From the NCBI GenBank assembly GCA_965204745.1, contig OZ242010.1:3968001-4032000 (forward strand): a stretch of DNA of 64,000 nucleotides, given 5' to 3'. Below, piece after piece: positions 18,901 through 28,048 of this stretch; positions within the stretch are counted from its first letter, which is position 1; every line of letters begins with the position of its first letter. The notes beneath the pieces are model-generated. The model saw nothing but the letters and a program-made list of their open reading frames with translations. It did no database searches and was not told where the DNA came from. Source of the stretch: Candidatus Latescibacterota bacterium. Lineage in GTDB: Bacteria > Latescibacterota > UBA2968. The position numbers and the translations under genes are program-made.

Positions 18901-20398
18901 GCGCCGTGACGTTGGCGTTGATTACGCCCAATGTCTCGATGGTGGATGCACTGGAATTTGCGCCGAACAGCCCGACGTCGTCGGTGCCGGTTCTATTGAT
19001 GACCAGGTTGTCTATGGTGAAGCCGTTGCCTTTGAAATTGCCTGAGTACTGGTTGCCGGAGTCGTCGCCTAAAGGATCCCAGCCGTTGCCGCTGTTGTAG
19101 TATGCGTCGGCGGCGGTGTGGTTGCCGTCGCCGTTGGTGTCGAGGTCGACGTTTGCGGTGAGTTCGTAGCCGACGCAGGTGCCGGACGGGCAACCCATGC
19201 GCTTTGTGGTGGAGGTAACGCGGTTGGGGAATGCGGCGTTGTAGTTCGCGGTATCAGTAGCGGCTACGACCCCATCGCCGTTGAGGTCGTAGCGGACGGC
19301 GTTGAGCTGAGCGTGGCCGGAAATCTCAATGTAGCCGTCTTCGTCGGTGTCGTAGTCGGTGAGGTGGTATATGAGCGTGGGATATGCGTTTGTGGCGCCG
19401 AAGTCCCAGGGGTCGTCCTTGCCGGTTGTCCTGTCGCTGTCGCCGTCGGCGTTGTCTAGGTCGATGTTCCAGCCGTGGTAGGTATCGGAGGAGGTTGCGC
19501 CGTAGGTGGTTGGGCTCCGGAGTTGGGAGGTGGTTCTGCCCACCGCGGTTTGGCTGCCGGCGCTTGTTGTCTGCATGCTGGTTTGGGTGTTCCAGTAACT
19601 ACCGGGAGCGTCGTACGCGCCGCCGCTTCCTAACAACCCGCCAACGTTTATAGAAGTGCCGGTGCGGGTAATCCTGCCGGTGGAGTAGGAGTTCCTTATC
19701 GTGGCACTTTGGCTTTGTCCCATCAGTCCGCCGACGTGATCAGCTTGTGCTGCGGTTCCGGTGACGGATGCGTGGGAGTAGCTTGTGGTAATGGCGTTAG
19801 AGTTGTTAGACCAGCCGACCAGTCCGCCAACGACCCTTGTTGCCGTAACGCTGCCGGTGGACCAGCAGGCGACGACTTCGCCTTGCAGGGCACCGACCAG
19901 AGCGCCGGCGTGACTATTTCCGGTAACATTGGCGTTGGTAATGCCGACGGACTCGATGCGGGCGGCACTGCTGGTTCTGCCGAACAATCCCACGTTAGTG
20001 GTGGAGGTTCGGTTGATGGTCAGGTTGTCGATAGTGTGGCCGTTGCCCTTGAAGTCGCCTGTGAATTCGGTGGTGGCTGAGCCAAGGGGATTCCAGTTGG
20101 TGTAGGTGGTTAGGTTGATGTCGGCGGTGAGTTCGTAACCGACGCAGGTGGCGGCGCAACCCATGCCGGTGGCGGCGTTGGGGAATGCGGCGTTGTAGTT
20201 CGCGGTATCCGTAGCGGCTATGACCCCATCGCCGTTGAGGTCGTAGCGAATGGCGTTGAGCTGGGCGTGGCCGGACACCTCAATGTAGTTATCGTTGTCC
20301 GTGTCGTAGTCGGTTTGGGCAAAAGCCGGCCCCGAATGCACCAGCATGCCCAGCGCGACCAGGGCCAACAAGCGAGATCTGAAAAGGGCGGTAATCAC
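15971..20398 (-). CDS. Large secreted protein: 3 GLUG/beta-helix units, Calx-beta domains, two dockerin-like tails
   Basis: AGGAGG before GTG 20398, signal peptide, VGGLVG repeats, ATSGTDY..TIIDDD Calx-beta, DVDGDG repeats. Confidence 0.88.
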   Translation of the reverse strand: MITALFRSRLLALVALGMLVHSGPAFAQTDYDTDNDNYIEVSGHAQLNAIRYDLNGDGVIAATDTANYNAAFPNAATGMGCAATCVGYELTADINLTTYTNWNPLGSATTEFTGDFKGNGHTIDNLTINRTSTTNVGLFGRTSSAARIESVGITNANVTGNSHAGALVGALQGEVVACWSTGSVTATRVVGGLVGWSNNSNAITTSYSHASVTGTAAQADHVGGLMGQSQSATIRNSYSTGRITRTGTSINVGGLLGSGGAYDAPGSYWNTQTSMQTTSAGSQTAVGRTTSQLRSPTTYGATSSDTYHGWNIDLDNADGDSDRTTGKDDPWDFGATNAYPTLIYHLTDYDTDEDGYIEISGHAQLNAVRYDLNGDGVVAATDTANYNAAFPNRVTSTTKRMGCPSGTCVGYELTANVDLDTNGDGNHTAADAYYNSGNGWDPLGDDSGNQYSGNFKGNGFTIDNLVINRTGTDDVGLFGANSSASTIETLGVINANVTAREYVGILVGTSYGPIVACYTTGAVSGSRSDVGGLVGLMNASNASVSSSYSTASVGGAANNAGGLIGRAISSNITNSYSTGRVNASGNNIGGLIGLVSSATVTASYWDTTTSGRSNSAAGTGYATAALQAPTDYTAGSIYADWNANIDGQTGNDDPWYFGNSRQYPSLKYGGHDLSKQSAGDYDSDNDRLIEVSNLAQLNAMRYDRYGRGTPTSGGATTYNAAFLYRDTRSGSRMGCPSGTCTGYELIADLDFDSDGDGDVDANDHGGAYWNGGAGWTPIGGVGSTAAWRTTFRGNGHTINNLFINRPGVANQAMFVHLWSEGRIESLGVTNADITGGNRTSILVRNNNGNIIGCYVTGKVTGGNYVGGLVAFLERIIRSSYSHASVTGASRVGGLVGHVQHAGPRIYNSYSTGRVTGTSNVGGLVGYLHGSATLNNTVNSHWDTQTSGQPTSRGGTGKTTRELLSPTTYGATTSDTYYNWNNAGQGGAGADPWTFGTMLQYPALKYAGMDTTVQFQRQPVIVTATLTPSTISENGEMSTVTATLTRSRTEATTITVRPVTGAYTVGADSTITIAAGQTANASDTVVITAVDNTLDEADRNVDLSAQGQGIAVLSPVITITDDDPPPRLSISSPSAVEGTALTFTVRLNAVSGKAVTVAYADAGTGSATSGTDYTALTAGTLTFAAGTTTTSQTIAVSVTDDGDDEPNETVIVTLSSATNATISTAQGTGTIIDDDGMPALSIGSPSVIEGATGATLTFQVYLRPAHSTLQVTVAYADAGTGTATSGTDYTALTAGTLTFAMGDTIQTIAVSVTDDSDDEQNETVIVELSSATNATISTAQGTGTIIDDETPSANLDVDGDGRVRLFSDIILVIRYVLFFREEALLRGNVIEPTATRTTAQAIEPYLDTLVNQNILDVDGDGDVRLFSDIILIIRYVLFFRNEALVRGNVIEQNATRTTAQAIEPYIRSLYPDSHFQ

Positions 20399-20513
20399 CT
20401 GAAACCTCCTAAAATATAATGAGTTGCACAGGCATGGCTTTTGCCTGCGTGCAAAAAATAATGATGGTGGAGACAAGTTAAGGTACCACGTCGTTTCTTG
20501 TCAAGGAAATTTT

Positions 20514-20907
20514 GGACCTACCCCCTAGCCCCGTTACTCGCAGGAAGGGGGGAATGGCGATGGGTTTTCCGAGGGGAATGGCGATAGGTTTTGCGAGGTG
20601 GGACCTACCCCCTAGCCCCCTTCCTAAGAGGAAGGGGGAACTGTGAGTGGTTTTGCGAGGGGATTGATGAGGGATTTTTAATCGCTTTATGCCCTCGCAC
20701 AACGCCATCAGAGTAGCCATTGATATAAGCCATCAAAGGAACTTTACTCCCCTTTCCTTGCAGGAAAGGGGCCGGGGGATAGGTCCCAAAGCCATCAGAA
20801 CAGCCCTGGATACAAATCTTCAAGAAAGCCATGTGCTCCCCCTTTCCTCGTAGGCACAGGCGTAGCCTACAATGAGCGAAGCGAATAACGGGGGCCGGGG
20901 GGATAGA
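20514..20907. repeat. Composite of the palindromic repeat family
   Basis: Multiple ggacctaccccct..aggaaggggg hairpins; both internal subtypes present. Confidence 0.88.
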
Positions 20908-21029
20908 GCTATGGCGGCGGAATGAGCAGGACATAGCGGAGTGGGAACGATAAAGCGGCGGTAGGGCGGTGGGGCGGTCTCACCTCTTACTTCTCGCCTC
21001 TTACTTCTCGCCTCTTGTATGTTGTCAGA

Positions 21030-21240
21030 AAGGGTTAATTTAGGTGTTGCGCCCTCGCATCGAGACACGCCATCTTGATGCCCTGCTCGGGGAAGGCCGG
21101 CGCCTCTTGAAGGCTATGACCTTGTAAGTAAGATAGGCCCCCTGACCGCCGAGTTGATACCGAAGAGTATCTAAGTCCATCGAGGCTGCATATACAAGAC
21201 CGGTAGACTGGGCAAACAGTCGGGACGCGAACCCGAGCGC
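21030..21240 (+). ncRNA. Predicted IS110 bridge RNA (boundaries approximate)
   Basis: LTG cgcctctt 21101-08, RTG aagtaaga 21126-33, LDG agagtatct 21164-72, RDG atacaaga 21192-99, each guide pair separated by a short hairpin. Confidence 0.85.
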
Positions 21241-21281
21241 ACACCAGACCCCTTCCCCACCCCTCATCACAGGAGGCCCCG

Positions 21282-22289
21282 ATGTCGAACACTCAACCCG
21301 CTTTTGCCGGCATTGATGTCAGTGCCCACACGTTGTCCGTTGCCCTGTCCAGACCCGGACAAGGGGTCATGCAAGCCACCTTTGACAACGCGCCTCGGGC
21401 GCACAAGCACCTGTTGAAGTGGCTCACCAAGGGCGGGCGCATGGTCTCGGTCTGTCTCGAAGCGACCGGGCGTTATAGCTTGGGGGTGGCCTTGGCCTTG
21501 CATCAGCATCACCGCACGCAGGTCATGGTCGTCAATCCCAAAGCGATGAGCAAGTACGCTCACGCCTGCATGCAACGGGCAAAGACGGATGCGAAGGATG
21601 CGTTGTTGATCCTCGATTATGCCGAGCGCATGCCCTTTGTGCCTTGGCAAGTGCCGAGCGAGCACGTCCTGCAACTGCAAACGCTGACCAGACGCATTGA
21701 CCAACTCAAACAGGAGGTCAGCCGAGAACAGAACCGGCACCACGCGCAGGACTACCCCGTCAAGCGTGCCCGCCTCATCACACGCGATATTCAGGTGAAT
21801 ATTCGACACCTCAAACGCCGCATTGCCTACTTGGAAGACCAAGCCCTCAAACTCGTTTTGCAGGACGAGCCCCAAAAGCGTGCCTACCAGCACCTCTGCT
21901 CGGTGCCCGGTATCGCCCAAACGAGTGCCTTGCGGCTCTTGGCCGAGCTGGCCTCCTTGCCAGACGGGATGGAACCGCCCCAATGGGTCGCTCATGCAGG
22001 CCTGGATCCCAAACCCAAACAATCCGGGACTGCCAATCCACAAAGACGCATCTCGAAAACCGGGAATAAGTACCTCCGTCATGCCCTCTATATGCCTGCC
22101 TGGGTGGCCAGCAGACACGAAGTCCATGTCAAAGCCTTCTATGACCAACTCATTGCCCGCGGCAAGAAACCTTTGCAGGCTATCGTTGCGGTGATGCGAA
22201 AATTGCTCCATGCGATCTGGGGCATGTTGCGGCATGACCAAGATTTTGAGGGCGAGAAATTCTATCGAATCGCCCCGCAATCCCCTTGA
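21282..22289 (+). CDS. IS110 recombinase (DEDD RuvC-like + Tnp domain)
   Basis: GIDVS, LEATG, KTDAKDA, VPGIA, QSG, GNKYLR, AVMRKL; AGGAGG RBS. Confidence 0.96.
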   Translation: MSNTQPAFAGIDVSAHTLSVALSRPGQGVMQATFDNAPRAHKHLLKWLTKGGRMVSVCLEATGRYSLGVALALHQHHRTQVMVVNPKAMSKYAHACMQRAKTDAKDALLILDYAERMPFVPWQVPSEHVLQLQTLTRRIDQLKQEVSREQNRHHAQDYPVKRARLITRDIQVNIRHLKRRIAYLEDQALKLVLQDEPQKRAYQHLCSVPGIAQTSALRLLAELASLPDGMEPPQWVAHAGLDPKPKQSGTANPQRRISKTGNKYLRHALYMPAWVASRHEVHVKAFYDQLIARGKKPLQAIVAVMRKLLHAIWGMLRHDQDFEGEKFYRIAPQSP

Positions 22290-22499
22290 CCTTTAAGAGA
22301 GTATCTTACTTCTCGCCTCTTACTTGGGGATAGGTCTTGCGGTGGGGCGGCGAGGATGGGCACGCACGGGCGGATGGGTGGCGCGGTGAGGCCGCACGGG
22401 TGGTTGAGCGGCCATGTCTTTGGATGATGGGTTGCGGCTTGCTTCTTACTCGCTTTCTACTCTTAATTCGCATTGACAGGTGGTTGTCAGGCGGGTATA

Positions 22500-22859
22500 A
22501 TCGAATTGAATTGCGAAAGATTCGGGACCTCGCGGAATTTTATGACCTGTTTATCGACCTTGCAATTCAGCATTACCAGCGGGTCAGTCGCGACGCCATG
22601 AATCGAATCGCAGCACTAAAAGCGTTTCAAAAAAATGGGTACAAATAATTCGCACGCCGTTGAGGTCGGGCAGGTTTTTACGCCGCTTGCGTGGGCAAAA
22701 TGGCTCATCTATCGGTGGGGCATTTTCGACGCGTGGATCGATAGGGCCGCTGTCTGCGGGAATGGAAAATGCAACTGGGCGCAACCGGGTAAGATCAAAC
22801 AGATCCTCGCCCTGGGAAAGCCCGCATGCGATCAACCCCAACTCCCGCTACTCCAGTGA
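22500..22859 (+). pseudogene. Eroded remnant: gene tail plus internally deleted DNA methyltransferase-like ORF
   Basis: 22635..22859 starts MGTNNSHAVEVGQVFTP (motif-X-like) but is only 74 aa; overlaps the tail of a headless ORF ending at 22648. Confidence 0.45.
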
Positions 22860-22889
22860 ACAAAATGAAAGGCATGCCGCACCACAAGA

Positions 22890-24173
22890 ATGGGAAAATT
22901 TGTCACAGCCTTTCGAGGCACCCTCGCGCCTTTGGGCAACAGGGGTTTTCGCAACCTGCTGATGAGCAACGCGCTTTGGTGGCAGGCCATGTGGATGGAA
23001 ATGATCGTCACAGGGTGGCTCGTCTTCGAGATGACCCACTCGGCGTTTGACGTGGCACTCATCGGATTTTACCGCTCCATCCCTTTGTTGCTCACCGGAT
23101 TCATCGCCGGGCCATTGACCAATCGCGTGGGTCGCGTGCGCGTCGTGATTGTCTCGCAGGGGATCGGCGTCCTCGTCACCGCAGCCATCGGCATTTTGCT
23201 TTGGACCGACCGCTTGGCATTCTGGCACCTTGCGATAGGCGCAGGCATGTTCGGCTTGTCTTGGTCCCTCAACTGGACCGCACGCCGCGCCCTCGTCCCG
23301 GACTTGGTCGGCAAAGCGCGCACGGTCGAAGCGATGATGCTCGAAAGCTTCACGCAAAACATCGCCCGCGTGATCGGCCCGATTTCCAGCGGCTCCCTCT
23401 ACGCACAGTTGGGCGTCAAAGCCTGTTATCTCGCGATTTTTGGCGTCTCGTTCATCTCCTTCCTGTGCATGTTGCGCGTCAACTCGCCCCATCGCCCCGC
23501 GCTTCTCAACACCTCGCAGTGGGCCTTGATGCGCGAGGGCCTAAAATACATGCGGACCAGCCAGCCCATTATGGGCACGTTGCTCATCACGGTCATCATG
23601 AATTTTTTGGCCTTCCCCTACCAGACCATCTTGCCGGTTTTCACGCACGACATCCTCGGCAAAGGCCCTTACGAATACGGCGTATTGGGCGCGTGCAATG
23701 GCATAGGGGCGTTTTTTGGGCTTTACGCCATCAATGTCTTGCGCGCCCGCCTCAGCCGCGGCTGGATCTTTTCTATCGGGTCTCTCTTCCAGTCCCTCGC
23801 GCTGTTCGCCTTTGCCTTTGGCACCTCGTGGATGGCCGCGCAGACCCTGTTCGGAACGCCGGTTGCCCTGGCCTATCCGCTCGCCATTTTCCTCCTCGTG
23901 CTCTCCGGTTTGGGCCAGGCCTTTTTCAGCGTGATGCAAAGCGCCATTATCCTGACCGCTACCCGCGATGACATGAGAGACCGCGCCATGGGATCCCTCA
24001 TCCTCGCCATTGGCGCAGGCCCGCTCGGCCGCTTGCAAATCGGCAAACTCACCGAAGTCTATGGCGCGCCCATGGCCCTCGGCTTGCACACCAGCGTCGC
24101 CGTGATCACCATCGCCACGGTCACGGCCCTTCTGCCCGGGTTTCGCACGCGCATGGCCGAGGAACGAGCATGA
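22890..24173 (+). CDS. MFS transporter (MFS_3-like)
   Basis: About 12 hydrophobic segments, TARRALVPDLV, EGLKYMR, DDMRDRAMG. Confidence 0.9.
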   Translation: MGKFVTAFRGTLAPLGNRGFRNLLMSNALWWQAMWMEMIVTGWLVFEMTHSAFDVALIGFYRSIPLLLTGFIAGPLTNRVGRVRVVIVSQGIGVLVTAAIGILLWTDRLAFWHLAIGAGMFGLSWSLNWTARRALVPDLVGKARTVEAMMLESFTQNIARVIGPISSGSLYAQLGVKACYLAIFGVSFISFLCMLRVNSPHRPALLNTSQWALMREGLKYMRTSQPIMGTLLITVIMNFLAFPYQTILPVFTHDILGKGPYEYGVLGACNGIGAFFGLYAINVLRARLSRGWIFSIGSLFQSLALFAFAFGTSWMAAQTLFGTPVALAYPLAIFLLVLSGLGQAFFSVMQSAIILTATRDDMRDRAMGSLILAIGAGPLGRLQIGKLTEVYGAPMALGLHTSVAVITIATVTALLPGFRTRMAEERA

Positions 24174-24223
24174 AAAAAGCCCCGCAGATCATTCTGCAAG
24201 GCTTTCGCAAACTATCGGGAAAC

Positions 24224-24673
24224 TCACGCGCTTTCCCCGAGTGCCTCCAAGTCGGCCAGATCTTTTTGTCGGCCGGTCAGGCGTTTGTTTTTTGCCAACT
24301 GAGCGCGCCCAATAAAAAAAACCGGAATGCCGCCATATTTTCCCGTTTCCCGGTTGTCTGCTACTTCTCGCCATGAAACGCCCGTAATCGACGTGATCAG
24401 ATCGACGCGCACGGGTGGATATCCGAGTTGAATGACTCGATCGGGCACGACAAAGTCCGTTGTGGTCAAGGCCAAATTGCCGAAGCCAAATTCAGACAGC
24501 GCGTCTAAAATTCGACGTGCATTTTCGGCTTCTGGCCGAATAAAAATGTCCAAATCCCCGGTGTATCGCGGCACGCCGTAAAATGAAAGTGCGTAAGCCC
24601 CCACAATCGCGTATTCGACATTATGCGCGTTGAACAACGCGAGCAACTCTTTGAAGTCTCGCTGTGCTTCCAT
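24224..24673 (-). CDS. Small nucleotidyltransferase-fold protein (DUF6036-like)
   Basis: VGAYALSFYGVPRYTGDLDI and K..GRQKDLADL motifs. Confidence 0.85.
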   Translation of the reverse strand: MEAQRDFKELLALFNAHNVEYAIVGAYALSFYGVPRYTGDLDIFIRPEAENARRILDALSEFGFGNLALTTTDFVVPDRVIQLGYPPVRVDLITSITGVSWREVADNRETGKYGGIPVFFIGRAQLAKNKRLTGRQKDLADLEALGESA

Positions 24674-24803
24674 GATGTTGTCGCCTGAGATGATCCACGG
24701 CCAAAACCCGCTCTTCCGCGGGCCGACTCAGCCAATAGGCCAGATCTTCTTTCGCCTGATCATGCGTTGTCATATTTCGCTTGTGAACGATTTTTTGTAT
24801 CAT
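24621..24803 (-). CDS. Small partner protein of the nucleotidyltransferase
   Basis: 60 aa, DLAYWLSRPAEERVLAVDHLRR; GGAGA RBS; overlaps the downstream gene. Confidence 0.7.
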   Translation of the reverse strand: MIQKIVHKRNMTTHDQAKEDLAYWLSRPAEERVLAVDHLRRQHHGSTARLQRVARVVQRA

Positions 24804-25001
24804 CGCTTTCTCCAAAAATTGCGTTTGGATTTGCAATGGGAACAAGGTAGGGAACTGTATAAACCATGTCAACGCGCTCGTGTTTGCAGTGCAAATTTTC
24901 TCGGGAGGGTTCGCTATGCAGGCAGAAGAGCATCCCATCTATCGTGAATTTGACGGAGCGAAAAGTCGCGCGATTGAAGCGGCGATAGGGATGTGGGTGG
25001 A

Positions 25002-25128
25002 TCTTGCCTCTTCCTTCTTGCCTCTTCCTTCTTGCCTCTTCCTTCTTGCCTCTTCCTTCTTGCCTCTTCCTTCTTGCCTCTTCCTTCTTGCCTCTTCCTT
25101 CTTGCCTCTTCCTTCTTGCCTCTTCCTT
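25002..25128. repeat. Heptamer tract (TCTTGCC/TCTTCCT)n
   Basis: Directly visible tandem 7-mers. Confidence 0.92.
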
Positions 25129-25189
25129 GGGGATAGGGCTTGCGGTAGGGCGGTTGGGCACGCAGCTATCCCGCTCAAACGGTCAGTTC

Positions 25190-26566
25190 TCAGGGATCAG
25201 TACAGGCATTGCCTCGTGTGGACGGGCGACGCAGGCGGCCCAATTGAAACCGCCGGGGATCGCCGAGGCGGTTGGCGAGGGCTTCGGGCGTCCAGTTGGT
25301 GTGTGCGAGGACCCAGTCGATTTCGCTGGCGAGGGGGCTGTCGAAAATGCCGGGGTCGTCTGCGCCGATAGCGAGGTTGACGTCTGATTTGAGAAAGGTG
25401 TGGATGGGGTGATGCGCGGGATCGGGTACGCCGCCGATGCGGAGGTTGGACGTGGGGCACGTTTCGATGACCGTGCCCAAGCGCGCGAGGCGGTTCAAGA
25501 CGAATTGTTGCCGGTTGCGGATTTCCGCGAGGCGTTGGGGCGTGTAGGGGCGTGCGACGATGTCGTCGGACGCGCGCTGTTTGAGGGATTGGCGTTCTGC
25601 CCGAAGCGCGGGGGCGTTCACTTGAAGACCATAAGCCGAGAGCGCGGGGGCATAGTTGAGGTCGTACGCGATTTGGTCGAGGCGTTCGCCAACCCGTTCT
25701 TTGACGTGTGCGTCGGCGCGGCGGGCTATGGCGATTTCCGGATCCAAGCCGAGGGCGATGGCATGGCCCAAGCGGCGCACGCCCATTTCAGCGGCTTCAT
25801 GGCACCAGCGAATCGCGCTTTCAAGGGATTTGTCAAAGTAGCTTTCGCCGACGTGATAGGTGATTTCAAGGGCGCGATGGGGGCGTTGCAGGTTGTCGTT
25901 GCGTATCCGTTTGAAAAGTGCGCGGTTGCGTTTGGGGGGATGGCCTTCTTCTATATGGGCGAAGTCGATGCCGACAATGGTGGGGATGAGTTCGGGATTT
26001 TCGTCCAAGAGGGCTTGCACCCATTCGTAGTCTTGCATCGCGGCCCAGCGGCGCAGGCTGATGATGTAGCGCGCAGTCGTGTCGCGTTGCGATGCGCGGG
26101 CGAGGAGTTGGGCATATACGCGGTGAAAGTGGAGGAATGCTTCGCGCGTTTCATCACTGCAACCACAGCGGTATTCGACAAAGGTAATGCCCTCTTTTTC
26201 GTGCCGGTCAATTGTGCGCTGGAGGGCGTTTTTCAGGAGTTCCCTTCTTTTTGGCGGATGTCGCAAGAGGCCGATGATGAGGTTGAATTTGGCTTGGAAC
26301 CGCCCGAAGTCGCCCCCGTCTTTTTGCGCGTAGATGTAGTGTTCCCGAAATTTGTCCAATCCCGCGCTCGGGTCGGACAGGGCATTGCGAAAGAGCGCGA
26401 TGGGATCCGGGCGCGTGCCATAAGCGCGTTCATAAGCATCTGTAAAAATCCGCCAGTCCACTTCTCCGTAAAAATCCTCGCCGAGCGCGAGGATATCTTC
26501 CGCGGTCAAGCATCCAGCGGGGTGAACGTGCAGTTCGCATGTTTTGGAGAAATCAAGGCGAGACAT
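25190..26566 (-). CDS. Adenosine/AMP deaminase-family metallohydrolase
   Basis: ELHVH, GIDFA..EEG, HVGE, RLGHA, ETCPTSN, ADDPG. Confidence 0.88.
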   Translation of the reverse strand: MSRLDFSKTCELHVHPAGCLTAEDILALGEDFYGEVDWRIFTDAYERAYGTRPDPIALFRNALSDPSAGLDKFREHYIYAQKDGGDFGRFQAKFNLIIGLLRHPPKRRELLKNALQRTIDRHEKEGITFVEYRCGCSDETREAFLHFHRVYAQLLARASQRDTTARYIISLRRWAAMQDYEWVQALLDENPELIPTIVGIDFAHIEEGHPPKRNRALFKRIRNDNLQRPHRALEITYHVGESYFDKSLESAIRWCHEAAEMGVRRLGHAIALGLDPEIAIARRADAHVKERVGERLDQIAYDLNYAPALSAYGLQVNAPALRAERQSLKQRASDDIVARPYTPQRLAEIRNRQQFVLNRLARLGTVIETCPTSNLRIGGVPDPAHHPIHTFLKSDVNLAIGADDPGIFDSPLASEIDWVLAHTNWTPEALANRLGDPRRFQLGRLRRPSTRGNACTDP

Positions 26567-26684
26567 GACGGCGTTCCTCTAGTTGTCGCGTGACGGGTAA
26601 TCGCGTTGCAAAGGTAATGGAATTTGCGGATTGAAACAAGAATCCATTTTTTTTATCCGTTTCATCTTTGGCTTCATTCACCGC

Positions 26685-26713
26685 TTGACGCATCTCGGCA
26701 TTTGTGATATTTT
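26685..26713 (+). promoter_or_regulatory. Putative sigma70 promoter
   Basis: TTGACG-17 bp-TATTTT with TG extension, upstream of 26747. Confidence 0.5.
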
Positions 26714-26746
26714 TTGGGCGAGACAACCACACACATGGAGGCTTAT

Positions 26747-26974
26747 ATGACCCCGCAATTATTGATTTTTCTCGGTGCGATGATTTATCTGAGTTGGGTA
26801 CTCTTCCGGTATTGGAAACGGCGCAACCGCAAAGACAATGATGCCCCGTTTATAGAAGTGGTCAAAGGCGACCCCAAGGTGTATAGATGGCGGGAAAAAA
26901 AGAAACGAGAGGCCCAGGAGGACCGTGAATGGCGCAAGCGCGTGCAAGATGAGATCGAAGATTTGACAAAATAA
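26747..26974 (+). CDS. Small single-pass membrane protein
   Basis: GGAGG RBS, N-terminal TM followed by basic residues. Confidence 0.65.
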   Translation: MTPQLLIFLGAMIYLSWVLFRYWKRRNRKDNDAPFIEVVKGDPKVYRWREKKKREAQEDREWRKRVQDEIEDLTK

Positions 26975-27088
26975 TCCGTGTTGCAATGACCGCAGGATAT
27001 CGACATGGCGATTCAAACACTCGCGCAAGCGCAGGCCGATCTACAGGAACGCCAGACGCGGTGGGAAGAAACCGATAAACGGATATTA

Positions 27089-27270
27089 GGTCGTGTTGAC
27101 ATTTACGAGCCCTGCAACTGGCTTGAACGGTTTATCGAAAAAATCAAACCCTATCGCAGAATATGCTCTCGGTTTGAGAAACTTGTAACAGTCGCTCCTT
27201 ATCAGGACCTACCCTCTACCCCCGTTACTCGCTTCGCTTCGTTGTAGGCTACGCCTGTGCCTGCGAGGAA
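27089..27270 (+). mobile_element. Truncated IS5-family (IS427-like) MITE interrupting a coiled-coil ORF that starts at 27005
   Basis: TA+ggtcgtgttgacattt TIR, then codons for NWLERFIEKIKPYRRICSRFEKL (transposase tail-like); homologous to 56459-56860. Confidence 0.65.
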
Positions 27271-27438
27271 GAGGGGAGAGGCAAGAGGTAAGACGTAAGA
27301 GGGGAGAGGGGTGGCCTTCTCACGTCTTGCCTCTGCCTTCTCACTTTTTTGGAGAGGGGTGGCCTTCTCACGTCTTGCCTCTCACCTTTCACCTTTTTGG
27401 GCGGTGCCCCGGTGCCTGCCCGAATACAGGAGTCAGCC

Positions 27439-27558
27439 ATGTTTGATCTCGAAATTCGCAAACCGTCCAAAGAAACCGTCATCGGTTTTATCGTCACATG
27501 GATCTGCGTGATAGGCATTGTGTTGCTCACGATGGCCCTCGTCCGCATTGGCGCGTAA
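27439..27558 (+). CDS. Small membrane peptide (39 aa)
   Basis: AGGAG RBS, one TM helix, 10 bp upstream of the GNAT gene. Confidence 0.6.
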   Translation: MFDLEIRKPSKETVIGFIVTWICVIGIVLLTMALVRIGA

Positions 27559-27568
27559 AGGCATTGTC

Positions 27569-28048
27569 ATGATCCGAAAATACCGTTCTGAAGACCTCGA
27601 CGTCCTCAAGGAAATCACAGTGATTTGTTTTGATGGGGTGTCGATTGACCAAAATATGGAAAAACAATTCGGTCAATTTGCCGACACGGATTGGAAAGCG
27701 CGCAAAGCCAAGCACATCGACGCGGATGTCGCGGCCAATGCCGATGGCATCTTCGTTTGTGAAGATAATGGCACGGTGGTGGGGTACATCACCACGCGCA
27801 TCGACCGCGAAAGCAAAATAGGCGGCATTCCCAATCTCGCCATCCTGTCCACGTACCGGGGCCAAGGTCTCGGCAAGGCATTGATGAAAGCCGCCTTTGA
27901 TTACTTTGAGGAACAGGGCATGGTCGTCGCCAAAATCGAAACGCTCGACCAAAATCCCATCGGTCAAAACTTTTATCCGCGCTCGGGCTTCACCCCAGTC
28001 GCCCGACAAATCCACTACGCCATGCCATTGGCAGATCGCAAAGTGTAG
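27569..28048 (+). CDS. GNAT N-acetyltransferase
   Basis: YRGQGLGKALM acetyl-CoA motif, FYPRSGF. Confidence 0.9.
   Translation: MIRKYRSEDLDVLKEITVICFDGVSIDQNMEKQFGQFADTDWKARKAKHIDADVAANADGIFVCEDNGTVVGYITTRIDRESKIGGIPNLAILSTYRGQGLGKALMKAAFDYFEEQGMVVAKIETLDQNPIGQNFYPRSGFTPVARQIHYAMPLADRKV

Larger units (their letters stand above)
21017..22307 (+). mobile_element. IS110-family element, copy 1
   Basis: No TIRs; TCTT core on both sides (21013-16, 22304-07); ends homologous to copy 2; removing it restores the cctcttacttctcg tract. Confidence 0.93.
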
